Origin: an uncultured cyanobacterium
GTDB taxonomy: Bacteria; Cyanobacteriota; Cyanobacteriia; PCC-6307; Cyanobiaceae
Direction of reading: 5' to 3'
Assembly: GCA_963765575.1 (NCBI GenBank)
Contig: CAVXWZ010000011.1
Coordinates: 32,001 to 96,000 of the forward strand
DNA length: 64,000 nt
Positions within the stretch are counted from its first letter, which is position 1; each line of letters opens with the position of its first letter. Below are positions 26,801 through 38,987 of this stretch, in pieces. The notes below the pieces were generated by a model. It saw only the letters and a list, made by a program, of their open reading frames with translations, had not been told where the DNA came from and ran no database searches. Made by a program: the position numbers and the translations under genes.

Positions 26801-26848
26801 GCCGCCACTCCGCTGCCGCCACTCTCCTGACGCCACTCCCCTGACCCC

Positions 26849-28774
26849 ATGCCACTGCCCCGCCCGGCTCCGGTGGCCGTGCTTTCGGCCCTCTGCACGC
26901 TTGCGGTGGCGGTGCTGAGCGCCGTGCCCCCCCAGGCGGTGCGCACCCTTGAGGGCGGGCTGGAGGCCCGGCTGCTGCGGCTGCGGGGCCCGCGGCCGGT
27001 TCCCGACGCGGTGGTGCTGGTGACCATCGACGACTCCACCCTGCAGCAGGGCGCCTGGTTCAGCGATGAGGGGGCCGCCGGGGAGCCGGTGCCCTCCTGG
27101 GCGCAGGGGATTGACACCCTGCCCTGGCCCCGGGCCCGCTTCGCCGACCTGCTCGAGCGCCTCAGGGAGGCCGATCCGGCTGCGGTGGCGGTCAACGTCG
27201 TGTTCCAGGGGAGCAGCGGCCAGGGCCCCGGCGATGACGCCGCCCTGGCCGTCGCCCTGGCCCGCTCCCGCGGCCGGGTGGTGCTGGCCGCCGAAGTGCT
27301 CGACATCACCGAATCCGGCTTCGCCGGCCTCAGCCTCGTGCAGCCGGCAGCGGTGCTGCTGAGCGCCGCCGGGCCGGCCAGTGCCGGACTCACCAACATG
27401 CTGCCGGCGACCTCGGGGGAGGCCTCACCGCGCCATCCCCAGGCCTACAGCCGCTCCCTGCAGGCCGTCAACGCGCCCTTGGCCCTGCCGTCGTTGCCCA
27501 CGTTGCTGCTGGAGCGGGGTGGGCGCCAGAGCCGCCAGAACGATGCCGAGCGCCGGCTCAACTTCTACGGTCCCGAGGGCCACTTCCTGCGGCTGCCGGC
27601 CTGGGAGGTGCTCGATCCGCAGCGCTGGAGCAACCATCCCAGCCGCAGTGTCATGCGCGGAGCGCTGGTGCTGGTGGGCCCGGTGGTGGTGCAGGGCGGT
27701 TCCGGCACCTCCAGCCCCTACGGCAGCCTCTCGGGGCTGGAGGTGCTGGCCACGGCCACGGCCAATTCGCTGCAGGGGGACGGCCTGCGGGCGTGGCCGG
27801 CCGCGCCCCTGCCGCGCGGGCTGCTGGCGGCGCTGCCGCTGCTGATCGTGGCGCTGCTGGTGCCGCTGCGGAGCCAACTGCGCTGGCGGCTGGGCCTGGT
27901 GGCGGCGGTGCTGGCCGCCCAGTTCGGCGCCGCCGTGCTGGCCCTGGCCTGGGCCCACGCCTGGATCCCCCTGCTGCTGCCCGCCCTGGGGCTGGTGGCG
28001 CTGGGGGGGCTGCACACGGGCTCGGCCTACCTGGACGAGGAGCGGGAGCGCCGCCGCCTGCGCCGCACCTTCGAGCGCTACGTGGCCCCCAGCGTGGTGG
28101 CCGAGATCCTCGCCGACCCCAGCGCTGCCGAGGGGATGCTGCGGGGCCGGCTGCGGCCGGTGACGATCCTGTTCACCGACATCAAGGGCTTCACCCAGCT
28201 CACCAACCGCCGCAGCCGCAGCGGCGAGATCGAACTGCACGTGCGCCAGCTCAACCACTACCTCGCCGCCATGGTGGAGGTGGTCACGGGCCATGGCGGC
28301 ACCATCGACAAGTTCATCGGCGATGCCGTGATGGCCGTGTTCGGCTCGCCGCTGAGCCGTGGCACGGCGGCCGAGGCCCTGGCGGCGGTGCGCTGCGCCC
28401 AGGAGATGCGCCGCACCCTGCGGCGCCTCAACCAGCAGTGGGCGAGCGAGGGCTGCACCGGCCTGGACAACGGCATCGGCCTGGCCTCGGGTGAGGTGCT
28501 GGTGGGTCAGATCGGCAGCCCCCGACGCATGGAATTCACCGTGATCGGCGACAAGGTCAACCTCGCCAGCCGCCTGGAGGGCCTCACCCGCAACCTCGAG
28601 GTGCCGGTGCTGTTCGATGCCGCCACCGCCGAGCTGGTGCGTGCTGAGATCCCGGTGCGCAGCCTCGGGGAGACCCCCATCAAGGGGATGGATCCCCAGC
28701 CGGTGTTCAGCTGCGAGGCCGTGGCCGCCCTGGAGGACAGCCCGGAGGGGCCGCCGGTGCTGGCCGGTCCATAG
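26849..28774 (+). CDS. CHASE2-domain class III adenylate cyclase
   Basis: LVTIDDST...LPWPR; FTDIKGFT, DKFIGDA, FTVIGDKVNLASRLE. Confidence 0.92.
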   Translation: MPLPRPAPVAVLSALCTLAVAVLSAVPPQAVRTLEGGLEARLLRLRGPRPVPDAVVLVTIDDSTLQQGAWFSDEGAAGEPVPSWAQGIDTLPWPRARFADLLERLREADPAAVAVNVVFQGSSGQGPGDDAALAVALARSRGRVVLAAEVLDITESGFAGLSLVQPAAVLLSAAGPASAGLTNMLPATSGEASPRHPQAYSRSLQAVNAPLALPSLPTLLLERGGRQSRQNDAERRLNFYGPEGHFLRLPAWEVLDPQRWSNHPSRSVMRGALVLVGPVVVQGGSGTSSPYGSLSGLEVLATATANSLQGDGLRAWPAAPLPRGLLAALPLLIVALLVPLRSQLRWRLGLVAAVLAAQFGAAVLALAWAHAWIPLLLPALGLVALGGLHTGSAYLDEERERRRLRRTFERYVAPSVVAEILADPSAAEGMLRGRLRPVTILFTDIKGFTQLTNRRSRSGEIELHVRQLNHYLAAMVEVVTGHGGTIDKFIGDAVMAVFGSPLSRGTAAEALAAVRCAQEMRRTLRRLNQQWASEGCTGLDNGIGLASGEVLVGQIGSPRRMEFTVIGDKVNLASRLEGLTRNLEVPVLFDAATAELVRAEIPVRSLGETPIKGMDPQPVFSCEAVAALEDSPEGPPVLAGP

Positions 28775-28802
28775 GATCAACCCTGGCGCACTCGCAACGG
28801 GC

Positions 28803-30275
28803 ATGGCAGGGCAAGCCGACTGGGAGGCCGTGATCGGCCTTGAAACCCACGTGCAGCTGGGCACCGCCAGCAAGATCTTCACCGCGGCCTCCACCGCCTT
28901 CGGCGACGACCCCAACACCCACATCGATCCGGTGGTGTGTGGCCTGCCCGGCACCCTGCCGGTGCTGAATCAAAAGGTGCTCGAGTATGCGGTGAAGGCC
29001 GCCCTGGCCCTGAATCTGCACGTCGCCGAACACAGCAAGTTCGACCGCAAGCAGTATTTCTATCCCGATCTGCCCAAGAACTACCAGATCTCCCAGTTCG
29101 ATGAGCCGATCGCCGAAAACGGCTGGATCGAGGTGGAGGTGGCCGAGAAGGGCAAGGACACCTACCTCAAGCGCATCGGCATCGAGCGTCTGCACATGGA
29201 GGAGGACGCCGGCAAGCTCGTGCACGCCGGCAGCGACCGCCTGGCGGGCTCCACCCACTCCCTGGTGGACTACAACCGCGCCGGCGTTGCCCTGGCGGAG
29301 ATCGTCAGCAAGCCCGACCTGCGCACCGGTCGTGAAGCCTCCGAGTATGCCTCCGAGATCCGCCGGATCATGCGGTATCTGGGGGTGAGTGACGGCAACA
29401 TGCAGGAGGGTTCGCTGCGCTGCGATGTCAACATCTCGGTGCGCCGCGGACCCGAGGCCCCCTTCGGCACGAAGGTGGAGATCAAGAACATGAACTCCTT
29501 CTCGGCGATCCAGAAGGCGATCGATTTCGAGATCCAGCGTCAGATCAAGGCCTATGAGGCCGGTGAGCCGGTGCGGCAGGAAACCCGGCTCTGGGATGAG
29601 GGCAAGCAGCTCACCAAGAGCATGCGCTCCAAGGAGGGCAGCAGCGACTACCGCTACTTCCCCGAGCCCGACCTGGGTCCGATCGAGGTGGCCGCGGCCC
29701 AGCGCGAGGCCTGGCGCGCCGAGCTGCCGGAGCTGCCGGCCGCCAAGCGCCACCGCTACGCCGAGGCGTTCGGCCTCTCGGCCTATGACGCCCGCGTGCT
29801 CACCGATGAGCGGCCGATGGCCGCCTACTTCGAGGCCGCGGTGGCGGCAGGCGCCGATGCCAAGGCGGCCGCCAACTGGATCACCGGCGACATCGTCGCC
29901 CACGTCAACGCCAACCGCCTGAGCTTCACCGACCTGCCCCTGGGCCCGCAGCAGCTGGCCGAGATGGTGGGCCTGATCGAGGCCGGCACGATCAGCGGCA
30001 AGATCGCCAAGGAGATCCTGCCGGAGCTGCTGGGCCAGGGCGGTTCGCCCGCGGCGATCGTGAGCGAACGGGGCCTGGGCATGATCAGCGACCCGGCGGC
30101 GCTGACGGCGATCGTGACGGAGCTGCTGGCCGCCCACCCCGATGAGGTGGAGGCCTTCCGGGGCGGCAAGACCAAGCTGCAGGGCTTCTTCGTGGGTCAG
30201 CTGATGAAGCGCACCGGTGGCAAGGCCGATCCCAAGCTCGCCAACCAGATCCTCAGCCAGAAGCTGAAGGGCTGA
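28803..30275 (+). CDS. gatB: Asp/Glu-tRNA amidotransferase subunit B
   Basis: EAVIGLETHVQL, FDRKQYFYPDLPKNYQISQ, EEDAGK, DYRYFPEPDL. Confidence 0.97.
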   Translation: MAGQADWEAVIGLETHVQLGTASKIFTAASTAFGDDPNTHIDPVVCGLPGTLPVLNQKVLEYAVKAALALNLHVAEHSKFDRKQYFYPDLPKNYQISQFDEPIAENGWIEVEVAEKGKDTYLKRIGIERLHMEEDAGKLVHAGSDRLAGSTHSLVDYNRAGVALAEIVSKPDLRTGREASEYASEIRRIMRYLGVSDGNMQEGSLRCDVNISVRRGPEAPFGTKVEIKNMNSFSAIQKAIDFEIQRQIKAYEAGEPVRQETRLWDEGKQLTKSMRSKEGSSDYRYFPEPDLGPIEVAAAQREAWRAELPELPAAKRHRYAEAFGLSAYDARVLTDERPMAAYFEAAVAAGADAKAAANWITGDIVAHVNANRLSFTDLPLGPQQLAEMVGLIEAGTISGKIAKEILPELLGQGGSPAAIVSERGLGMISDPAALTAIVTELLAAHPDEVEAFRGGKTKLQGFFVGQLMKRTGGKADPKLANQILSQKLKG

Positions 30276-30278
30276 GTT

Positions 30279-31222
30279 CTGAGCTGGATTCAGGCCACAG
30301 CCTTCCTGCTGGCCGCGGCGGCGGTGGTCGGCAACGACTCTTTGCAGACCCTGGGCACCTTCCTGGGCAGCAACCGCGGTCGCACCCCCCCGGCGGCCCA
30401 GATGGCGTTTCTGGTGGGGCTGACGGCCGTGGTGCTGGGCCTGGGATGGTGGCTCAATGGCGGCGATCCGGCCTGGGGCCGCCTGGCCCGCTTCCCCCTC
30501 CCCGAGGAACCCAGCTGGGTCGATCTGCTGCCCCCCCTGGTGGTGTTGCTGCTCACCCGCTGGGGCGCGCCGGTGAGCACCTCGGTGCTGCTGCTCACGG
30601 CCATCGCCCCCGCCAACCTGGCACCCGTGCTGCTCAGGTCGCTGGCGGGCTACGGCCTGGCCTTCGCCTCGGCGCTGCTGCTCTATGGGGCGCTGCTGTG
30701 GCTGCTGGAGTCACCACCGCCTGCGGCGGCGGCGCCCCGCAACGGGCCCCTGTGGCTGGCGTTGCAGTGGCTCTCCACCGCCTGGCTGTGGAGCCAGTGG
30801 CTCGTGCATGACCTGGCCAACATCTATGTGCTGCTGCCCCGCCGGCTGGACGCCTGGCAGCTGGCGCTGTCGGCCGCGGTGCTCGGGGTTGGCCTCTGCG
30901 TTCTGGTGGCCAGTGGCGGTGGCCCCATCCAGCAGCTGGTGCGCGGCAAGACCAACAGCGCCGACCTGCGCTCCGCCACCCTGATCGATCTGTTGTTCGG
31001 GGCCCTGCTGCTGGCCCTGGCTCGGTTCAGCCCCACGCCCCTGAGCACCACCTGGGTGTTTCTGGGCCTGTTGGCCGGCCGCGAACTGGGCCTGCTGCTG
31101 CGCCTGCAGCACCGTCCGGTGGCGGCGGTGGCGGCGCAGCTGGGCGCTGACCTGCTCAAGGCCACGTTGGCACTCGGCCTGAGCCTGGCCGTGGCGCTGC
31201 TGATCCAACCGCTGAAAATGCT

Positions 31223-31226
<4 letters not shown>
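30279..31226 (+). CDS. Integral membrane protein of unknown function (start uncertain, possibly CTG 30279)
   Basis: NDSLQTLGTF, PVSTS, HDLANI, PLSTTWVFLGLLAGRE motifs; many hydrophobic segments. Confidence 0.7.
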
Positions 31227-31888
<662 letters not shown>

Positions 31889-31980
31889 GGGCCGGCTCCA
31901 GAGCGCGTGGGGCCAGTCTGCCCAGGGCCCTGGGGCGGGTCCGCCCTGGGGAGAGGATGGGAGCCAGCTGTGTCGCGGTG

Positions 31981-33225
31981 TTGACCGACTCCTGGCGCCC
32001 GATCCCCGGCGGCATCACCGCACCGGCCGGCTTCCGGGCCGCTGCTGTCACCGCCGGCCTCAAGCCGTCGGGCAACCCCGACCTGGCCCTGCTGCTGGCC
32101 CCCGAGGGGGCCGTGTGCGCCGGCACCTTCACCACCTCGCGGGTGCGGGCGGCCTGTGTGGATCTCTGCGCCGAGCGGCTGCACGCCAGCGGCGGCCGCG
32201 CCCGGGCGGTGCTCACCAATTCCGGCCAGGCCAACGCCTGCACGGGCGAGCGCGGCCTGGCCGACAGCCTGCGCGCCACCGCGGCCCTGGCCGATCGTCT
32301 GGGCCTGGCCGCCGAGCAGGTGCTGATCTGCTCCACCGGCGTGATCGGCGTGCCGATCCCCATGGCCACCCTGGAGGCGGGCCTCGATCCCCTGGTGGCG
32401 GCCCTGGGCCCGGCCGGCGGTCCGGCAGCGGCCCAGGCCATCCTCACCACCGATCTGGTCGCCAAGGAGATCGCCCTGGAGGCCGAGTTGGGTGGCCGCT
32501 GCGTGCGCCTGGGCGGTATGGCCAAGGGCTCGGGGATGATCCACCCCGCCATGGCCACGATGCTCGGCTATCTCAGCTGTGATGCCGCTGTGCCGGCCGA
32601 GCTCTGGCAGGCGATGGTGCGGCGGGCGGTGGAGCGCTCCTTCAACGCGATCACGGTGGATGGCGACACCAGCACCAACGACACCCTGCTGGCCTTCGCC
32701 GCCGGCGAGCCCCTCGAGCCGGAGCACCTGGCTGCCCTGGAGGCGGGGCTGACGCAGGCTCTGCAGCACCTGGCCCGGGCGATCGCCCGCGACGGCGAGG
32801 GCGCCACCTGCCTGATCGAAGTGCGCGTGCAGGGTGCCCCGGATGACGCCGGCGCCCGCACCATCGCCCGCACCGTCTGCGGCTCATCCCTGGTGAAGTG
32901 CGCCGTGCACGGCCGCGACCCCAACTGGGGCCGGATCGTGGCTGCCGCCGGCCGCGCCGGGGTGGCCTTCGATCCCGGGGCGGTGGCCCTGTGGCTGGGC
33001 GAGCACCAGCTGATGGCGCGGGGGGAGCCGCTGCCCTTCGATCGGGCCGCGGCCTCCGCCTACCTGCGCGAGCGGGCCGCCGGCGCCTACCTGGGCGGCA
33101 GCGGCCCCGGCGGGGACACCGTGCTGATCCGCCTGCGGCTGGGCGATGGCGCCACTGAGGGGGTGGCCTGGGGCTGTGATCTCTCCGATCAATACGTGCG
33201 CATCAACGCCGATTACACGACCTAA
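31981..33225 (+). CDS. argJ: Bifunctional ornithine acetyltransferase/N-acetylglutamate synthase
   Basis: NSGQANACTG, STGVIG, AKGSGMIHPAMATML, VDGDTSTND, DGEGAT, YVRINADYTT. Confidence 0.96.
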   Translation: MTDSWRPIPGGITAPAGFRAAAVTAGLKPSGNPDLALLLAPEGAVCAGTFTTSRVRAACVDLCAERLHASGGRARAVLTNSGQANACTGERGLADSLRATAALADRLGLAAEQVLICSTGVIGVPIPMATLEAGLDPLVAALGPAGGPAAAQAILTTDLVAKEIALEAELGGRCVRLGGMAKGSGMIHPAMATMLGYLSCDAAVPAELWQAMVRRAVERSFNAITVDGDTSTNDTLLAFAAGEPLEPEHLAALEAGLTQALQHLARAIARDGEGATCLIEVRVQGAPDDAGARTIARTVCGSSLVKCAVHGRDPNWGRIVAAAGRAGVAFDPGAVALWLGEHQLMARGEPLPFDRAAASAYLRERAAGAYLGGSGPGGDTVLIRLRLGDGATEGVAWGCDLSDQYVRINADYTT

Positions 33226-33235
33226 CCTCCCCTCC

Positions 33236-33778
33236 ATGGAGAGTCCCATCCCGGCAGGCCGCGCCCGCGCCTCCCGCCCCCCCCGGTTGCCCTTGGCCCA
33301 GAGCTGGCGGTTGCCGCTGCTGGCGGGCCTTTGCTTCGGTCTGGGCTACACGGTGGTGCAGCGGCTGATGGTCATGGAGCTGCCCAGGGGAGACCAGCTG
33401 GTGGAGTCGTTCCGGATGCGTGAGTTCCCCGGCACCACCCTGGAGAGCCTGCGCCTGAAGCTGGGGGAGGCCGCGCGACCGGTCCGGGGCGATCTCGGTG
33501 GCCTGGAGCGCGCAGAGCAGCAGCGCAAGGCCGAGGCCGAGCGGCGCAAGCGTGACCAGGAGCTGGAAGCCGAACGCCAGCGTGAGCGCCTGGCGGCTCC
33601 CCTCAGCCGCGAGCTGGAGCCCATTCCTGCCCCCGCCCCGCTGCCCCCGCCCCGCAGCGCGCCCGCACCAGCACCCGCCCCCCGCCCCGCACCGCCGCCA
33701 GCGCCGGTGCCCGCCACCCCGCCCGCACCGCTGCCAACGCCGCCGCCGCCGCCGTCGCCCGCTGCGCCCGCCCCCTGA
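33236..33778 (+). CDS. Hypothetical membrane-anchored protein with Pro/Ala-rich tail
   Basis: One TM segment (LLAGLCFGLGY), charged coiled region, PA repeats. Confidence 0.65.
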   Translation: MESPIPAGRARASRPPRLPLAQSWRLPLLAGLCFGLGYTVVQRLMVMELPRGDQLVESFRMREFPGTTLESLRLKLGEAARPVRGDLGGLERAEQQRKAEAERRKRDQELEAERQRERLAAPLSRELEPIPAPAPLPPPRSAPAPAPAPRPAPPPAPVPATPPAPLPTPPPPPSPAAPAP

Positions 33779-33820
33779 GGGCTCCATCTGCCACAGTTCC
33801 CCCAGCTGCGGTCGGCCCCG

Positions 33821-34141
33821 ATGCCTGCTCCCCAGACCCTGATGCAGGCGGCCATCGCCCGGCTCGGTGCCCGCCTCGGCAGCGGTCTCCTGGATGCGGC
33901 CGCCAATGCCGCCGTGGCGTTGCAGGACGCGCCGGAGCAGGTGCGCCGGGAGGTGCGGCTGTTCTGGGATGAGGTGGAGCAGGAGGCCGAGCGGCTCGAG
34001 CGGGGCTCCTCCGACTCCGACCTGTCCACGCCCGATTGGTCCCACCAGGGCCCGCCGGCTCCTGCGGACCTGCAGGCCCACATCGATGCCCTGCGCGCCC
34101 AGGTGGCCGCGTTCGGCCGCCGCCTCGACCAGCCGTCGTGA
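33821..34141 (+). CDS. Hypothetical protein upstream of ABC1 kinase
   Basis: 106-aa ORF whose stop overlaps the GTG start of the kinase. Confidence 0.65.
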   Translation: MPAPQTLMQAAIARLGARLGSGLLDAAANAAVALQDAPEQVRREVRLFWDEVEQEAERLERGSSDSDLSTPDWSHQGPPAPADLQAHIDALRAQVAAFGRRLDQPS

Positions 34142-35824
34142 TCGGCCGGCCCCTCTTCTGGCGGCCGCTGCGCATCTGGTGGCTGGCGCTGCGTCTGAGC
34201 CTGGGGCTGTGGTGGGACGGCCGCAGCTGGAGCTACCCCGGGGGGCCCACCCCCGAGCGCCGTTCCCAGCGGGCACGACGGCGGGCCCGCTGGCTCACCG
34301 CCGAGTTCCTGGCCCTGGGATCGGCCTTCATCAAGCTCGGCCAGCTGCTCTCGGCCCGCCCCGACGTGCTGCCGGCCGAACTGGTGGAGGAACTGGCGCT
34401 GCTGCAGGACAGCGTGCCCGCCTTCCCCTTCTCCGTGGTGCAGGAGCTGCTGGAGGAGGGCCTGGGCGAGCGCTGCGCCGAGATCATCGACCTCGATCCC
34501 ACGCCGCTGGGCTCGGCCAGCCTGGCCCAGGTGCACCGCGCCAGCCTGCGCAGCGGCCGCCAGGTGGTGCTGAAGGTGCAGCGGCCGGGGCTGGAGCACC
34601 TGTTTCGCCTGGATCTGGAGGTGCTGCAGCAGGTGGCGGCGCTGGTGCAGCGCCATCCCCGCTGGGGCCAGGGGCCGCGACTGGGTGGGCATCGCCAAGG
34701 AGTGCCGGCGGGTGCTGCTGCGGGAGCTGGATTTCCGGCTGGAGGCCGAGCATGCCGCCCGCTTCCGCCAGCAGTTTCTCGACGACCCCGGCATCCGCAT
34801 CCCGGCGGTGATCTGGGAGCTCAGCTCCCGGCGCGTGCTCTGCCTCGACTACGTGCCCGGGATCAAGGTGACCGATCGCCAGGCCCTGCTCACGGCGGGG
34901 ATCGACCCGGCGGCGGTGGCCGAGAAGGGCGCCGCCAGCTACCTGCAGCAGCTGGTGCGCTTCGGCTTCTTCCACGCCGATCCCCACCCCGGCAACCTGG
35001 CGGTGGCGGCCGATGGCGCCCTCATCTACTACGACTTCGGGATGATGGGCCAGCTCTCCGGCGGCCTGCGCTCACGCCTGGGCCGGATGGTGCGGGCCGC
35101 CGCTGGCCGCGATGCCGCTGGTCTGGTGCAGGAGCTGCAGGCGGCCGGCGTGATCGCCGCGGGGGTGGATCCGGGGCCGGTGCGGCGCCTGGTGCGGGTG
35201 ATGCTCACCGAGGCGCTGACGCCGCCGTTTTCGGCCAACGTGATCGGCAAGCTCTCGGGGGATCTCTATTCCCTGGTCTACGGCCAGCCGTTCCGGCTGC
35301 CGCCGGAGCTGATCTTCGTGATGCGGGCCCTCTCCACCTTCGAGGGGGTGGGCCGCAGCCTCGATCCCGGCTTTAGCCTGGTGTCGATTGCCCGCCCCTA
35401 CCTGCTGCCCCTGATGACTTCGAGCGGTGGACCCGGTGGTACCGGCGGCGGAGCGGGAGGTTCCGATCTCTTCGGCGAGATCTCGCGCCAGGCGGCTGCG
35501 GTGGGCAGCCGGGCGCTGGGCATCCCCCGGCGCCTGGACGACAGCCTGGCGCGCATCGAGCAGGGCGACCTGCAGGTGCAGATCCGCGCCGGCGAGACCG
35601 ACCGCCTGCTGCGTCGCCTGGCCCTCGCCCAGCAGGTGGCCGGCCAGTCGATGCTGCTGGCCGGCCTGGCGGTGGCGGCCGCGCTGCTGGCCGTGAGCGC
35701 CCGGCCGGCGCTGGTGGCCGTGCCCCTGGTGCTGGGCGCACCGGTGAGCCTGAGCTGGCTGAAACTGCAGGGCCGGCTGCGCCGCGACGGCCGCCTTGAT
35801 CAGTTGCCGGGGATGGGCGGCTGA
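34138..35824 (+). CDS. AarF/ABC1/UbiB-family kinase, +1 frameshift near 34671 (G run)
   Basis: FIKLGQLLSARPD, ASLAQVHRA, LKVQRPG in one frame; ELDFRLEA, FFHADPHPGN, DFGMM in the next. Confidence 0.9.
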
Positions 35825-36039
35825 CCGGTTGCGCCCACGGCCAGCTGCTGACCGGCGGTTGTCCCGCCTCCGCGAATTGCTCGCCACCCAATCAGGCGAC
35901 CCCGCGGCGCAGATCTCCGGCAATCGAGGGATGTCAGCAACGAGAGAATAAAAAACCCCTGCCGTTTCCTGGGATGGAACGGCAAGGGATCTGCTGAGCT
36001 GGATTGAAGACAACCGGGACTTAAACCGTTGATGACCTA

Positions 36040-36379
36040 GACCAGGATCCGAAGCAATCGCTGCATATCTCTTGCGCAGTCGTTTGAAGCCCGTGGCAAG
36101 TATGGAGAGTGCCCCAAGAGCCCCGAAGGGTGCCGGTGCTGGTGCCAGACCTGAATTGAGCATCGATAGCGAAGGGATTCTGCTGTCCTTCTTCAGTAAC
36201 GATGAAATTTGTGCCGGAGGTAGGGAATTGCAAAGTCAGCTCGATGAACTCCGGGCCACCGTCAACGAGAATCACACCGTCGCTGGCTGAGTGAGGGTGA
36301 ACGCGGTCGCAGCAAGGGACTGCAGCGTTGTGAAATCCGGAAGTGCACCCAGCGAGGGTATCAGTGTTAGGTGTCTCAT
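36040..36379 (-). pseudogene. Degraded PEP-CTERM-like surface protein remnant
   Basis: Fragment APAPAPFGALGALSILATGFKRLRKR (Pro motif, TM, basic tail) with upstream parts in other frames; lower-GC patch. Confidence 0.4.
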
Positions 36380-36495
36380 CAACTTGGATCGGGATGATGG
36401 ATTGGGCTGTAAAGGGATTATTGGAATCGTCAAGGAAGCTGTAAGTGACAGCTAGATCTACACTGCTGATAGCCGGTGCGTTAATCGGAAAATTA

Positions 36496-38493
<1,998 letters not shown>

Positions 38494-38587
38494 TCACCCC
38501 CACGCCCACCGCTGCGGTCACCGCCCTGCCCACAATGGCCCCAGGCGGAAGCCCAGTCCGCCCGTGTCCCCCCACACCCCTGCGCCC

Positions 38588-38986
38588 ATGCGACTGCTGC
38601 ACACCATGCTCCGGGTGGGCGATCTGGAGCGTTCGCTCGCCTTCTACACCGATGTGCTCGGCATGCGCCTGCTGCGCCGCAAGGACTACCCCAGCGGCCG
38701 CTTCACCCTGGCCTTCGTGGGCTATGGCGAGGAGAGCGACCACTCGGTGCTGGAGCTCACCCACAACTGGGACACCAGCAGCTACGAGCTGGGCGAGGGC
38801 TACGGCCACATCGCCCTGGGGGTCGACGACATCCACGCGGTCTGCGCTCAGATCCGCGCCAAGGGCGGCCGGGTGGTGCGCGAACCCGGGGCGATGAAGC
38901 ACGGCAGCACCGTGATCGCCTTCGTGGAAGATCCCGACGGCTACAAGGTGGAGCTGATCCAGCTCTCCTCCCGTGCCGCCGCCTGA
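38588..38986 (+). CDS. gloA: Lactoylglutathione lyase
   Basis: [37 protein letters not shown]. Confidence 0.95.
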   Translation: MRLLHTMLRVGDLERSLAFYTDVLGMRLLRRKDYPSGRFTLAFVGYGEESDHSVLELTHNWDTSSYELGEGYGHIALGVDDIHAVCAQIRAKGGRVVREPGAMKHGSTVIAFVEDPDGYKVELIQLSSRAAA

Positions 38987-38987
38987 G

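Noticed and set aside
26801..26845. Short cgccactc repeats, also ccatgcgtactga repeats at 15681-15710 and GDP repeats in rnhA
   Set aside because: Short slippage-type repeats with no evidence of a function.
34138..35824. ABC1 kinase as a pseudogene or programmed frameshift
   Set aside because: A single extra G in a short run with otherwise intact motifs is better explained by sequencing error.
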